From the NCBI GenBank assembly GCA_950097015.1, contig CATNEN010000038.1:5580001-5644000 (forward strand): 64,000 nucleotides of DNA, given 5' to 3'. Made by a program: the position numbers and the translations under genes. Below the pieces are notes generated by a model that was not told the origin of the DNA, searched no databases, and saw nothing but the letters and a program-made list of their open reading frames with translations. Origin of the DNA: Macrostomum hystrix. Lineage: Eukaryota; Animalia; Platyhelminthes. Positions 36,501 through 47,200 of the stretch are shown piece after piece (positions within the stretch are counted from its first letter, which is position 1; every line of letters starts with the position of its first letter).

Positions 36501-39500
36501 GGTAGGCAGTGGAGTGTCAGGGTAGGCAGTGGAGTGTGTGTCAGGGTAGGCAGTGGAGTGTCAGGGTAGGCAGTGGAGTGTCAGGGTAGGCAGTGGAGTG
36601 TCAGGGTAGGCAGTGGAGTGTCAGGGTAGGCAGTGGAGTGTCAGGGTAGTCAATAAACCCCATTCACTCACCAGTCGGGTCATCATTGTAACGGGGTAGA
36701 GCCTGCCTCCCTTCAGCAGTTCTTGCAGAGCTGACAGAATATTGCTGATGAAGTTGCCCTTGTCTGCAAAAAGCAATGAGTATCAGAGACTATCAAGTTA
36801 CGGGAGAGTGAGATCCTCAGGAGACGGGAGAGTGACATCCTCAGGAGACTGGAGAGTGAGATCCTCAGGAGACGGGAGAGTGACATCCTCAGGAGACTGG
36901 AGAGTGACATCCTCAGGAGACAGGAGAGTGACATCCTCAGGAGACGGGAGAGTGACATCCTCAGGAGACGGGAGAGTGACATTCTCAGGAGACGGGAGAG
37001 TGACACCCCCAGGAGACAGGAGAGTGAGATCCTCAGGAGACTGGAGAGTGACATCCTCAGGAGACGGGAGAGTGACACCCTCAGGAGACGGGAGAGTGAC
37101 ACCCTCAGGAGACGGGAGAGTGACACCCTCAGGAGACGGGAGAGTGACACCCTCAGGAGACAGGAGAGTGACATCCTCTAGAGAGAAGACAATCAATTTA
37201 AAAAGCTAATTTCTAGGTACCATTGACGAATAATTTCACATGAAATTCAGGCTCAGTATTTTTCGCGAACAAAACGCAGCAAAATTTCATTCCTTTTTTC
37301 CTGTGAAGCAAACAGTTGCGGAGCCCTTATCAAACTCAGTGGAAAAAATGCTTTAACAATATCTCCCTTGAGAAACTTGTGCTAACCACGCAGTGACTGC
37401 AGGTCTAAGCAGTAGGCACTTAGATATCAGCAATATTCTCGTATTCTCGTACAGCTAGCCTGACAGCGAATTCAGAACTTTTTGATGATAAATGCTTCAG
37501 GATTAGTTTTAATCAAAATTAAAATCTGCAGATAAATCAATCAATCAATCAAAGATAGTTGCTGTGGGGTCAGGTCAGGTGGCTCTACCACACCATTTAA
37601 CCTGGCTCTAACCTCCTTGGTGTCAGATGAACCACCGCCTTCACCCTGGTATCAGCTGAACCACCCCCTTCACACTTTGGTATCAGCTGAACCACCAACT
37701 TCCCCCTGGTATCAGCTGAACCACCACCTTCACCCTGGTATCAGCTGAACCACCCCCTTCACACTTTGGTATCAGCTGAACCACCAACTTCCCCCTGGTA
37801 TCAGCTGAACCACCGCCTTCACCCTGGTATCAGCTGAACCACCGCCTTCACCCTGGTGTCAGCTGAACCACCACCTTCACCCTGGTATCAGCTGAACCAC
37901 CGCCTTCACCCTGGTATCAGCTGAACCACCGCCTTCACCCTGGTATCAGCTGAACCACCGCCTTCACCCTGGTATCAGCTGAACCACCAACTTCACCCTG
38001 GTATCAGCTGAACCACCCCCTTTACTTTGGTATCAGAGTAGCTGAGGATTTGGGGTTAAACCTCATTGTCGCAAGTTGCACGAAAAGCTGTCATTAGTGC
38101 GAGAGTCGACCTCAATATGACCTCAGCGAGTCAGTCAGTGGCCTCCGCTCACCTCGCTCATTGACGGTGATGGCAAACTGGTGCGGCTTCCAGCCAGTCA
38201 GGACTCCAACGTAGCCAGCGAACGACACACCGGAGAACAGAAGCTGCGGGTGATTGTGCACCCTTTGGTTGCAATTAACTTGTGACTTGTAGATTAACTT
38301 GTGACTTGTAGATTAACTTGTGACTTGTAGATTAACTTGTGACTTGTAGATTAACTTGTGACTTGTAGATTAACTTGTGACTTGTAGATTAACTTGTGAC
38401 TTGTAGATTAACTTGTGACTTGTAGATTAACTTGTGACTTGTAGATTAACTTGTGACTTGTAGATTAACTTGTGACTTGTAGATTAACTTGTGACTTGTA
38501 GATTAACTTGTGACTTGTAGATTAACTTGTGACTTGTAGATTAACTTGTGACTTGTAGATTAACTTGTGACTTGTAGATTAACTTGTGACTTGTAGATTA
38601 ACTTGTGACTTGTAGATTAACTTGTGACTTGTAGATTAACATGTGACTTGTAGATTAACTTGTGACTTGTAGATTAACATGTGACTTGTAGATTAACTTG
38701 TGACTTGTAGATTAACTTGTGACTTGTAGATTAACATGTGACTTGTAGATTAACTTGTGACTTGTAGATTAACATGTGACTTGTAGATTAACTTGTGACT
38801 TGTAGATTAACTTGTGACTTGTAGATTAACTTGTGACTTGTAGATTAACTTGTGAGCAGGAATGAGTACCGTGTGTGCATTTTACAGAGATACAGTTTCT
38901 CTGACCTGGCCGCCACGGTAGAAGTCCACCCGAATTGTGACCTTCTCAAGCATGCCAGTCTGCGGCAAAGTGTCGCCGTAGTCCAGATTCCGGCCGTGCC
39001 ACAGGCCGCCGGATTCATCGTTGGCAATGATGCCAGTGCAGAAGCTGCATGGTCCAATGTCAAATTTCGTTATTTTGAGTTTGAGTTTTGTAACTAAGTC
39101 GTCAATGCGAGATGCAGAAGGGAACGCAAGAAGTTTGAATATATTTGCGAAGGGCTCGGCCTCGCGCACTTGTTAAGTGGGGTACAGAACAGTCTATGGC
39201 TGCTTAAGCAGCGGCATCAGTCAGAACAGTCTATGGCTGCTTAAGCAGCGGCATCAGTCAGAACAGTCTATGGCTGCTTAAGCAGCGGCATCAGTCAGAA
39301 CAGTCTATGGCTGCTTAAGCAGCGGCATCGGTCAGAACAGTCTATGGCTGCTTAAGCAGCGGCATCGGTCAGAACAGTCTATGGCTGCTTAAGCAGCGGC
39401 ATCGGTCAGAACAGTCTATGGCTGCTTAAGCAGCGGCATCGGTCAGAACAGTCTATGGCTGCTTAAGCAGCAGCATCGGTCAGAACAGTCTATGGCTGCT

Positions 39501-40725
39501 TAAGCAGCAGCATCGGTCAACTAACAACAAAGATAGTTAAAGTACGAGTACAACAAGTTTGAGCTTAAGTTCACAAATATACCCTTTTCACTCAATTTGG
39601 GACAGACTTCAGCTGCTCGAACGTCTCGTGCAAGACGCTGTGCACGAGATCAAATCGCTTAACCAGTTGACTAGTGGGCCAACCACACTATCAAGTACTT
39701 CCAACGGTGTCTCGACAGGGAATACATACTTTACTAAGCGTGGAGACGCAAGGACTTTCTGGTCCGGTTGGAGAATGTCTTCTTAGCTGCTTGAGTGAAA
39801 AGGGATGCATAAAATATCGTAGCATTTTGGCAAATCAGGGAAAATTTCTCACGCTGTGACATCATAGATCAGGTTCAGCAGCACAATGTCACCCAGTGAC
39901 GCATTGATAGCCTTGGAAATGCCTGTAATAAAAAGCGATTAAAAACACAATTAAACTGTCAATGCGATCGTTAATAAACACGTCACCCACCGAGCAGCTC
40001 AGCTCCGTAATCAGCCGGCAGGTGAGCGTCCATGTCCGATGCCACCAAGTCTGCCAGGTACCTGAGTTCCACTGGCACGGAACTGCAAATTAGATATTTC
40101 TCTGTATAAACTTTGTCGAACCCATATCGGCTCACAAGTGTATAAATTATCAATGTAACCAATACAATATATGAATAAAGTCAACAATAGTAGCCGACAG
40201 AAAGCTTTTGCCTATTTGTGCGTTTTTGTTACCCGACACCCCGACGACGAATCGTTGAATATCTCGACGATGCCGATGTTTTGTGATCCTGGAAGTTGTT
40301 GTTTCACCTGATAGAGCGGAAAATTTTAGCCCACGTTTTGAATTTTCATGGCGATCGACTGAATATTTAGGGGATACAGAAAGAATAAAATTATGGATAT
40401 TTGAAATACCTCCCTATGGTATTTCTACTGTAAACCACTGGACTACAAGCACCTGTCCATGCAGCTGAAACCAGAGCGCTCACCCCAGGAAGGCGGAGAT
40501 CAGCTGCTGCGTGTAGGTCTTGTAGTCGGCCGCCACCGCCGACCACCTGGTCGATGGCTCGGCGTCCAAATTCACCCGGTAGAGAGGAGGCGACAACTCG
40601 TTGAGTCCTGTACCCAAGGGAACTTTACGGGCCAGACGGATCCGGCTCATCGGTACCGACGATGGAATGGCGCCGCAGGTGGCGACGATAATCAGCACCG
40701 CAGCGACCTTCACCGTGACGGACAT
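33584..40725 (-). CDS. NAAA: N-acylethanolamine acid amidase / acid ceramidase-like Ntn hydrolase, ~381 aa, 10 exons
   Basis: Exons 40725-40484, 40082-39991, 39922-39853, 39044-38906, 38243-38153, 36763-36672, 35479-35307, 34613-34551, 34449-34354, 33671-33584, all in phase. Signal peptide, VNLDAEPSTRW, nucleophile AFCTGII, GRNLDY, FAGYVGVLTG, WFIVETNYD. Confidence 0.9.
33773..34190. mobile_element. MITE with TTTTCACTC(A/G)A terminal inverted repeats
   Basis: IRs at ~33774 and ~34187; interior is the reverse-complement homologue of 39582-39804. Confidence 0.7.
34725..34908 (-). mobile_element. Diverged SINE-A fragment, head-to-head with the next copy
   Basis: TTCTCATCGTCAG, CCTTGGAGGTTGGCCCTCA and GCGGCTGCGCCCCAAATGAATGTGGCC blocks. 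Confidence 0.75.
34926..35270 (+). mobile_element. SINE family A (5'-truncated)
   Basis: Homology and (ATT)n tail. Confidence 0.88.
36225..36649. repeat. 20/24-bp repeat (GGCAGTGGAGTGTCAGGGTA)n adjacent to an NAAA donor
   Basis: Direct reading. Confidence 0.94.
36801..37182. repeat. 24-bp repeat (GGGAGAGTGACATCCTCAGGAGAC)n
   Basis: Direct reading. Confidence 0.94.
37618..38036. repeat. 29-bp repeat (GGTATCAGCTGAACCACCGCCTTCACCCT)n
   Basis: Direct reading. Confidence 0.93.
38274..38855. repeat. 19-bp minisatellite (GATTAACTTGTGACTTGTA)n filling NAAA intron 4
   Basis: Direct reading; near-perfect units. Confidence 0.97.
39185..39519. repeat. 37-bp repeat, 9 units, each containing the palindrome GCTGCTTAAGCAGC
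   Basis: Direct reading. Confidence 0.95.
39582..39804. mobile_element. MITE with 14-bp TIR CCCTTTTCACTCAA
   Basis: Perfect TIRs at 39582-39595 and 39791-39804; homologous to 33773-34190. Confidence 0.78.
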
Positions 40726-41304
40726 TCTCTCCTACGTGTCGCGATTCGATTCAAAAATGGGTCAAACTGTTCATGGAGAAGTGGATTATGACTGCGGGCT
40801 TTATCGCTACCAAAAGCTCATGGGTCTGCGGTGGCTGACTCGGCCGTCTATTTTTAGACTGAGAGCAAGAGAGCTCTGACCCACCCCCCGACAGACCTAG
40901 CAGCCGATAAAAGTGCGCCTCTAGCACACAGTTACGGGCACAAATAACAAAACGATAAAATGGGCGAGAAAATCTGACAGCAGGAATTAGAAGATAAGAA
41001 GCGAATAGAACTTGCACTTCGAACTCAATAAGCTTCTCAATTGCTCAATCCATAGCAACGCTGCCAAGCTCACCTCGACAAGCTCAACACCCCCTGCCGA
41101 AGCCCCAGCAGCTTGCACAGTTGAGTACTCACACACAGGTAGAGAAATGCAGTTTAGAGGGGTATGGAACAATTAGTGAGTGTAGCAGTGTGAGCACAGA
41201 GCTAGACTCAAGCACAATAACTGCCGCTGTCAGGTCTAGATGCCGTTCAAATAGTTTTTTGTCTGCGGTTTTAAGTATCAGCAAGCGGAGCGGCTGAATC
41301 TGCG

Positions 41305-43058
41305 ATGACGGCGGTGCCAGAAAAGTACTACGCAGCGCTGCAGGATGCCGGCGTTTCGGTTGAGGAGGCCACGAAGCACTATCTGGTGTTCAAGATGTTC
41401 GACAAGGACAACTCGGAGACTCTGGACTCTAGCGAGCTGTACGCCTGTCTGCAGGTCCGTCTTTGCAAATAGTAACAATATTAACAGTAGGAAACCAAGC
41501 CATCTTGGGGAAATTCCCCCCCGGAAAGTTTTTGGCAGCGCCTGAATGCAAACAGCGTTGGGTGGTGACTGATTGGTTGACAGACTAGGCGATGATGTCC
41601 TGTGGTTGAGCTGCGCCTAATATTTAGGCTTGATCAGTGAAATTGGAGACATTTGCGTCAGGGTGTCCATAGTGGCCTATTTCCACCTTTGAAGGTCCAG
41701 CATATCCCAGTCCATGGACTGAACGCAGGGGTCAGTGATTCATGAGCCTCTTTATGCCCAGGGGTCACCATCAAATCCGAAATTGAAATTTTCCACCCGG
41801 TCAGGTGATGGGCCAGGCGCCGAAGTCCAAAGAAGAGGTGGACAAGCTGCTAAAGACCTACGACAAAGACTCCAGCGGCAGCATGGACTTTGTAGAATTC
41901 TCCAGACTAATGAGCCAGGTGTGCAAGCCGCCCCAGACAGTCAGAGACAACCTGATGCTGAGCTTCCAGAAGCTGGACAAAGACAACAGCGGCTACATCG
42001 AACGCGACGAACTGCACGAAGCAATTTTCGGCTCGGGCAAGTCCACCCTGACCGAGAAAGAGTTCGACAAGCTCATGCGCGAGGCGGACGCTAACGGCGA
42101 TGGCAAGATCGACTACTCAGGTGAGACTGCTCAGTCCGCTCAGCCGTGCTCCGATTGTCACACTCACTTTAACTACTCAGCAGTTAGTAGCTTAAAACGA
42201 ACATTTGATGACTAACACAGTGCATGTGCCACCACAGGTAGAGCGAATGTCGGTATATCCACAAGAATTGGAACAAACACGAAGGGCGTCTAGCATAAGC
42301 TAATATGTGAAATTTTTGGCAGGAGGTGCTGCAGGCACTGGCGCATCATTTTGGTGACAGTAGACCCGCAGTAGGCGAGGCAGGGGAGTAGCGCGGTAGT
42401 GGCGCCCCCGTGGTACTGGCGCCCCCGTGGTAGGGGCGCCTCCGTGGTAGTGGCGCCCCCGTGGTAGGGGCGCCCCCATTGTGGTAGTGGCGCCCCCGTA
42501 ATAGGGGCGCCTCGGTAGTGGCGCCTCCGTCGTAGGGGCGCCTCCGTGATAGTGGCGCCTCCGTGGTAGTGGCGCTCCCGTGGTAGGCGCACCCCCCAGA
42601 GGCGCGGCTACCCTAGAAAAACCCTGGCTATACCACTGCAGCAAAGAGGCAGAGTCAATTCCGCTGACTTCTGAGCACACACACACGTACACAGGTGTGC
42701 TCACACATGTGGGCCACATTGCTTAAGTGTTGTCAGGCAGCAGATTCGAACTCAGGGACCTTGGTTCATGAGTCGGACACTTTACCGAACCGCAGAATTC
42801 CTGGCAACGCTGCTGACGGACATCGGCAAGATGATTGAAACTAAAAAGCAGAAGTCACACGACAAACAGTCGTCAGGCGGTGGACACGGCGAGAAGCACA
42901 AGGACGAGGGGCACGGAGGCAAGCACAAGAAGGAGGATGGCCACGGAGATGGCGACGGGCACAAGAAGCGCAGCCGAAGCCGTGGCAGCCGCGGCAGCGG
43001 CCACAGCAGCCGGCGCAGCTCGAGAAGCAGCAGCCGCGGAAGCAAGAAGTCTCATTGA
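41305..43058 (+). CDS. Calmodulin-like four-EF-hand protein with a His/Gly/Lys- and RS-rich C-terminal tail, ~242 aa, 3 exons
   Basis: Exons 41305-41454, 41805-42120, 42796-43058. EF loops DKDNSETLDSSE, DKDSSGSMDFVE, DKDNSGYIERDE, DANGDGKIDYSE. Confidence 0.88.
41481..41722 (+). mobile_element. Interspersed repeat family C (copy 1)
   Basis: Near-identical to 50147-50385 (GACAGACTAGGCGATG...CTGCGCCTAATATTTAGGCTTGATCAGTGAAATTGGAGACATTTGCGTCAGGGTGTCC). Confidence 0.75.
42318..42765 (-). mobile_element. Degenerate SINE-A remnant split by a MITE
   Basis: SINE-A blocks at 42318-42380 and 42639-42765. Confidence 0.65.
42381..42638. mobile_element. MITE (CAGTGGCGTAGC-like TIRs) with an internal ~17-bp GGCGCCCCCGTGGTAG repeat
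   Basis: Ends CAGGGGAGTAGC / GCTATACCACTG; degenerate 8-bp TSD of the host SINE sequence. Confidence 0.6.
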
Positions 43059-43139
43059 TCTCCCATGCGACAGAAGGCAGACGTTGATTTTGTGATATTT
43101 TTGTTTGAAAATAATTTGACAGGATACTTTTTGTACAGT

Positions 43140-43408
43140 AAAATCTAAGTAAAGACAGATTCTAGGATCAAATCTAGAGACTGGAAAGAATCTACGATCA
43201 AATCTAAAGACTAAAAATATTATAGTGTTGAATCTAGAGACTGGTATGGTTCTAGGATCAAATCTAGAGACTAGAAAGATTCTAGGATCAAATCTAGAGA
43301 CTGGAAAGAATCTACGATCAAATATATTGACTGGAAGGATTCTAGGATCAAATCTAGAGACTGGAAAGAATCTACGGTCAAATATATTGACTGGAAGGAT
43401 TCTGGTCA
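43140..43408. repeat. 30-bp repeat (TTCTAGGATCAAATCTAGAGACTGGAAAGA)n in a 3' UTR
   Basis: Direct reading. Confidence 0.85.
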
Positions 43409-43805
43409 AAGGGTCAAAGGGTCAAAGCTAGGGACTCGAGGATTTAAAGACGTCCACTGATTCCCGTGATACATCGGTGTTTTGAATAAAGATCTCGCCC
43501 ACAATGTGTAAGCACTTCTCGCTATCTCTATCCAATCATAAATGTTGATCTCTAAAATAGATTACTGATTGCTTAATATTGAATAAAAATGAATAAAAAA
43601 CTAATTTTATTTGATTATTTTTTAATTATCTATTAACAGCATCAGAACACACTACTGCTCATGCGACGTAGCTCGCAAGTAGGCATGTTTGTGTTTTAAA
43701 CGTAAGACAAGTAACACAAGAACGATAAGAAATTTGCCATACTCTGTACACACTGTTGCAAAACACTTGCGTTATATAAGATTGAAGTCACATTAAAGCT
43801 GAAGT

Positions 43806-43886
43806 GCCCCGATGAGCAGCCCGGCAGGTGACGCAGTTGTGCTCGTGGCACACCGGGCAGTTGAACTCGTTGACGGCGTCGATCAG
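43806..43886 (-). pseudogene. 81-bp identical copy of HOIL-1 coding sequence (45030-45110)
   Basis: Base-by-base match GCCCCGATGAGCAG...CGTCGATCAG. Confidence 0.9.
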
Positions 43887-44065
43887 AAATCAAATTTATC
43901 TATGTTAAAAATAACGTCAAAGTTACTAAGCATTTTGTTGTATGAAAACTATTTCAACACTTAGGTAATAATCATAAAAAATAGAGCATTTTCGGAAATC
44001 TCAATAAATGGTGTTTCACGCAGAAAAATTGCTTGAATAATTTTTAAACTACTGGTTCACACATT

Positions 44066-44219
44066 GTAGCGACAGTTCACACCTTCTAGTGGCAGTTCAC
44101 ACCTTCTAGCGGCAGTTCACACCTTCTAGTGGCAGTTCACACCTTCTAGTGGCAGTTCACACCTTCTAGTGGCAGTTCACACCTTCTAGCGGCAGTTCAC
44201 ACTTTCTAGTGGCAGTTCA
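44066..44219. repeat. 20-bp repeat (CTAGTGGCAGTTCACACCTT)n overlapping the HOIL-1 stop codon
   Basis: The unit contains the last codons plus TAG of the gene. Confidence 0.93.
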
Positions 44220-47200
44220 TGCACTGCGGGTGGCACTTTTTGCCGTTCACTCGGCAGCCGCAGCCGCCTGAGGTGTCGCCCTGGCCGCCCGGTCCCCATC
44301 TCGGCCCCCTGGTTGCCCAGCAGATCTCAGTCTTGCACACCGAGCACATCAGCCAGTCGCAGCCCTCTCGCTTGGATAGGAACACGCGGCACTTCGGGCA
44401 CTGCATCGCTTCGCCAGATTTCAGCATGTCCTGCAGTGGTTTAAATTCCAGATCCGAACTGTTAGATACAGATAAGAGAAAAGATTGTTTTAACCAGAGC
44501 TGCTAGGAGTTGTGGCCTAGTGGCTTAACCATCGGACTCACGAATTGAAGGTCGGCGGTTCGATTCCCGACCCCACTTTGACCCCACTTTGATTTGAGCT
44601 CTTAAGCAAGACAATTGACTCTGCATTGCTTCAGTTCAACCAGGGATTAATGAGGGTGGGTGGGGCGTCCCAGCAGTCTTCAGATGCGGTGCGCAACTGC
44701 TGCGGCTGGGCTATCACAATTGGGGCAGATGTATTTCTTTAATCTAATTAGTATCACCGAGGAAACTGCATCTACGAAATCATTTTAAGAAATAATTCCT
44801 AGAAGTGGTTATAAAAAATTATTCGAAGAAATCATTATAAGAATTTTTTTTAAGAAATATCTCTGAGAAATATTTCTAAGAAATCATATTAAGAACACAT
44901 TCTAAGAAATACTTCAAAGAAATAATTCTAAGAAACGCGACTCGCCTCGAGTTTCTGAAGGCCCAGCCGGGCGTTCTCGTCGTTCTGCGCCTTGACGCGC
45001 AGCTCGTCCTGATAAGCCTTGCAGGTGACGCCCCGATGAGCAGCCCGGCAGGTGACGCAGTTGTGCTCGTGGCACACCGGGCAGTTGAACTCGTTGACGG
45101 CGTCGATCAGTTCAACGAAGGCCTCGCAGTTTGGCGTCACGCAGTGGAAGGCGTTGGTGATCAGGGCCTCGGCCTGGCGCAGTCCAAGGCGCTGCAGGCG
45201 GGCGAGCTGCTCGGCGGAGAGCAGCTCGCCCAGCTCAGCGTCCGTCACCGTCTGCTGACAGGGCGCGCAGGGGCAGATGACGGGCAGGCGGTCCGAGTTG
45301 AGCGCGTGGTCCCGCAGGCAGTTCTCGCACACCTCGTGGCCGCACTCGCGCAGACGAAGGCCCCGGATGCCGTCGTCTTCATCGCCACCTACGTCATTCA
45401 GGCAGATCGGGCACTCGAAGCCCTGCTGAGCTGGCACGGGAATCAGTGACTGCATCGTCAGGTTGAGCAGCTCGCGGTGGTTCCTCTCGCGCTCCTGCTC
45501 CATCTGCGGGTTTTGTGGGGAGCGGCACTGAAGCAACAGGGAAACTGTACTCAAGCAACAGGGAAACTGTACTCAAACAACAGGGGAAACTGTACTCAAG
45601 CAACAGGGGAAACTGTACTCAAGCAACAGGGGAAACTGTACTCAAGCAACAGGGGAAACTGTACTCAAGCAACAGGGGAAACTGTACTCAAGCAACGGGG
45701 GAACTGTACTCAAGCAACAGGGGAAACCAGCTCACCCGTCGCAGAAACTCGGCCTGCAGCTGCAAGTCGCGCTGCTCCTGCAATTGCTGCATCTCATCTG
45801 GCACTTCGTAACCAGCCGGGCGAGCGGTGCCGCACACCTCACAGCCGGGTCGCACCGGCTCATTGCGGAAGGTGCATGTGGGACAAGACCAGCCAGGCTT
45901 TGCAAAGTTGGCGAGGAGTCGGCGTTACGGGATTTAGTAAGAATTCTAAGAAACATTCCATCAGAGACAGTCTATAGAGTTCTAACGATTGGCGTCTCAT
46001 CAAATAATTCCAAATTGCAGCTCATCAAATAACTTTAAGGAATGGCGGCTTATCAAAGAATTCAAAATGGCGGCTCATCAAAGAATTTTAAAGAAAAGCG
46101 GCTTATCAAAGAATTCTAAAGAATAACGGCTCATCAAAGAATTCGAAAGAATGGCGGCTTATCAAAGAATTCAAAATGGCGGCTCATCAAAGAATTCTAA
46201 GGAAAAGCGGCTTATCAAAGAATTGTAAAGAATGGCGGCTTATCAATGAATTCTAAAGAATGGCGGCTTATCAAAGAATTCTAAACAACGGCGGCTCATC
46301 AAAGAACTCTAAAGAATAGTGGCTCATCAAAGAACTCTAAAGAACGGCGTCTTATCGAAGAATTCGAAAGAATGGCGCCTTATCAAAGAATTCTAAAGAA
46401 CGGCTTATCGAAGAACTCTAAAGAATGGCGGCTTATCAAAGAATTGTAAAGAATAGCGGCGAATCAAAGAATTACAAATGGCGGCAAATCTAAGAATTTA
46501 ATGTAACAGTGACTTTAGGGGGCATACTAATCGTTTTTAGGATAGCTCCCATGCGTTCCCTGCGTCCCTTCCCCTCCCCCTCCCTTGTCTCCCCCCGATG
46601 ACTCATCGTTCTGTGACATTGAGATGTCAAAACCTTTCTCGGTCGTAAATAATATTTTTTGTCTTTTTGCTGTCAAAATGCGCCTATCTCCCTCATTTAA
46701 CCATGACTCTTCGAACTATAACGCGCCCCACCCCTTCATCATTTCATCTTTTTGATCGCACACCCACCTCCCTCCCTTCTATGTTTTTGTAATAAATAAT
46801 TGTTATGTAATCTCGCATCCGCCCCACTCCCAGGCATTAAATCATCCCTCTTCTCGGGAATACACCCAACCCACTCCCTTTCCGACCAATAACCGATTGG
46901 CAGGCGAGGCATGTGATCTGGCTTTCCAACATCTCGGTCAAGGTCGGGTTGATCACGCGATCACCGCGTGAGCGCGTGACTCTGGACTCTATCTAAGTGA
47001 GTGGTGCGGCGTGCAGTTGGGGCAGCCAACGCTCAACCTTTATTCTTTTCGATCCTGTCCCTTTCGTCTACCGTTCGACACCTTCGTGGGCCTTCTTCTC
47101 GTGATCGTTCCGTACTCAGATCTCAGTTCGCCCCTTGCCGCACCACCCGCCCAGAGTCGCATCGCTGGGCCACCCCGCCTTGTCCTTTTCCCGAGCGCTG

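Noticed and set aside
39185-39519. CRISPR-like 37-bp palindromic repeats
   Set aside because: Units are contiguous with no spacers; no cas genes; eukaryotic intron
1451-40725. Functional lipid/lysosomal gene cluster (PLPP, SLC26A11, NAAA)
   Set aside because: Genes are interspersed with unrelated ones on both strands; no evidence of co-regulation
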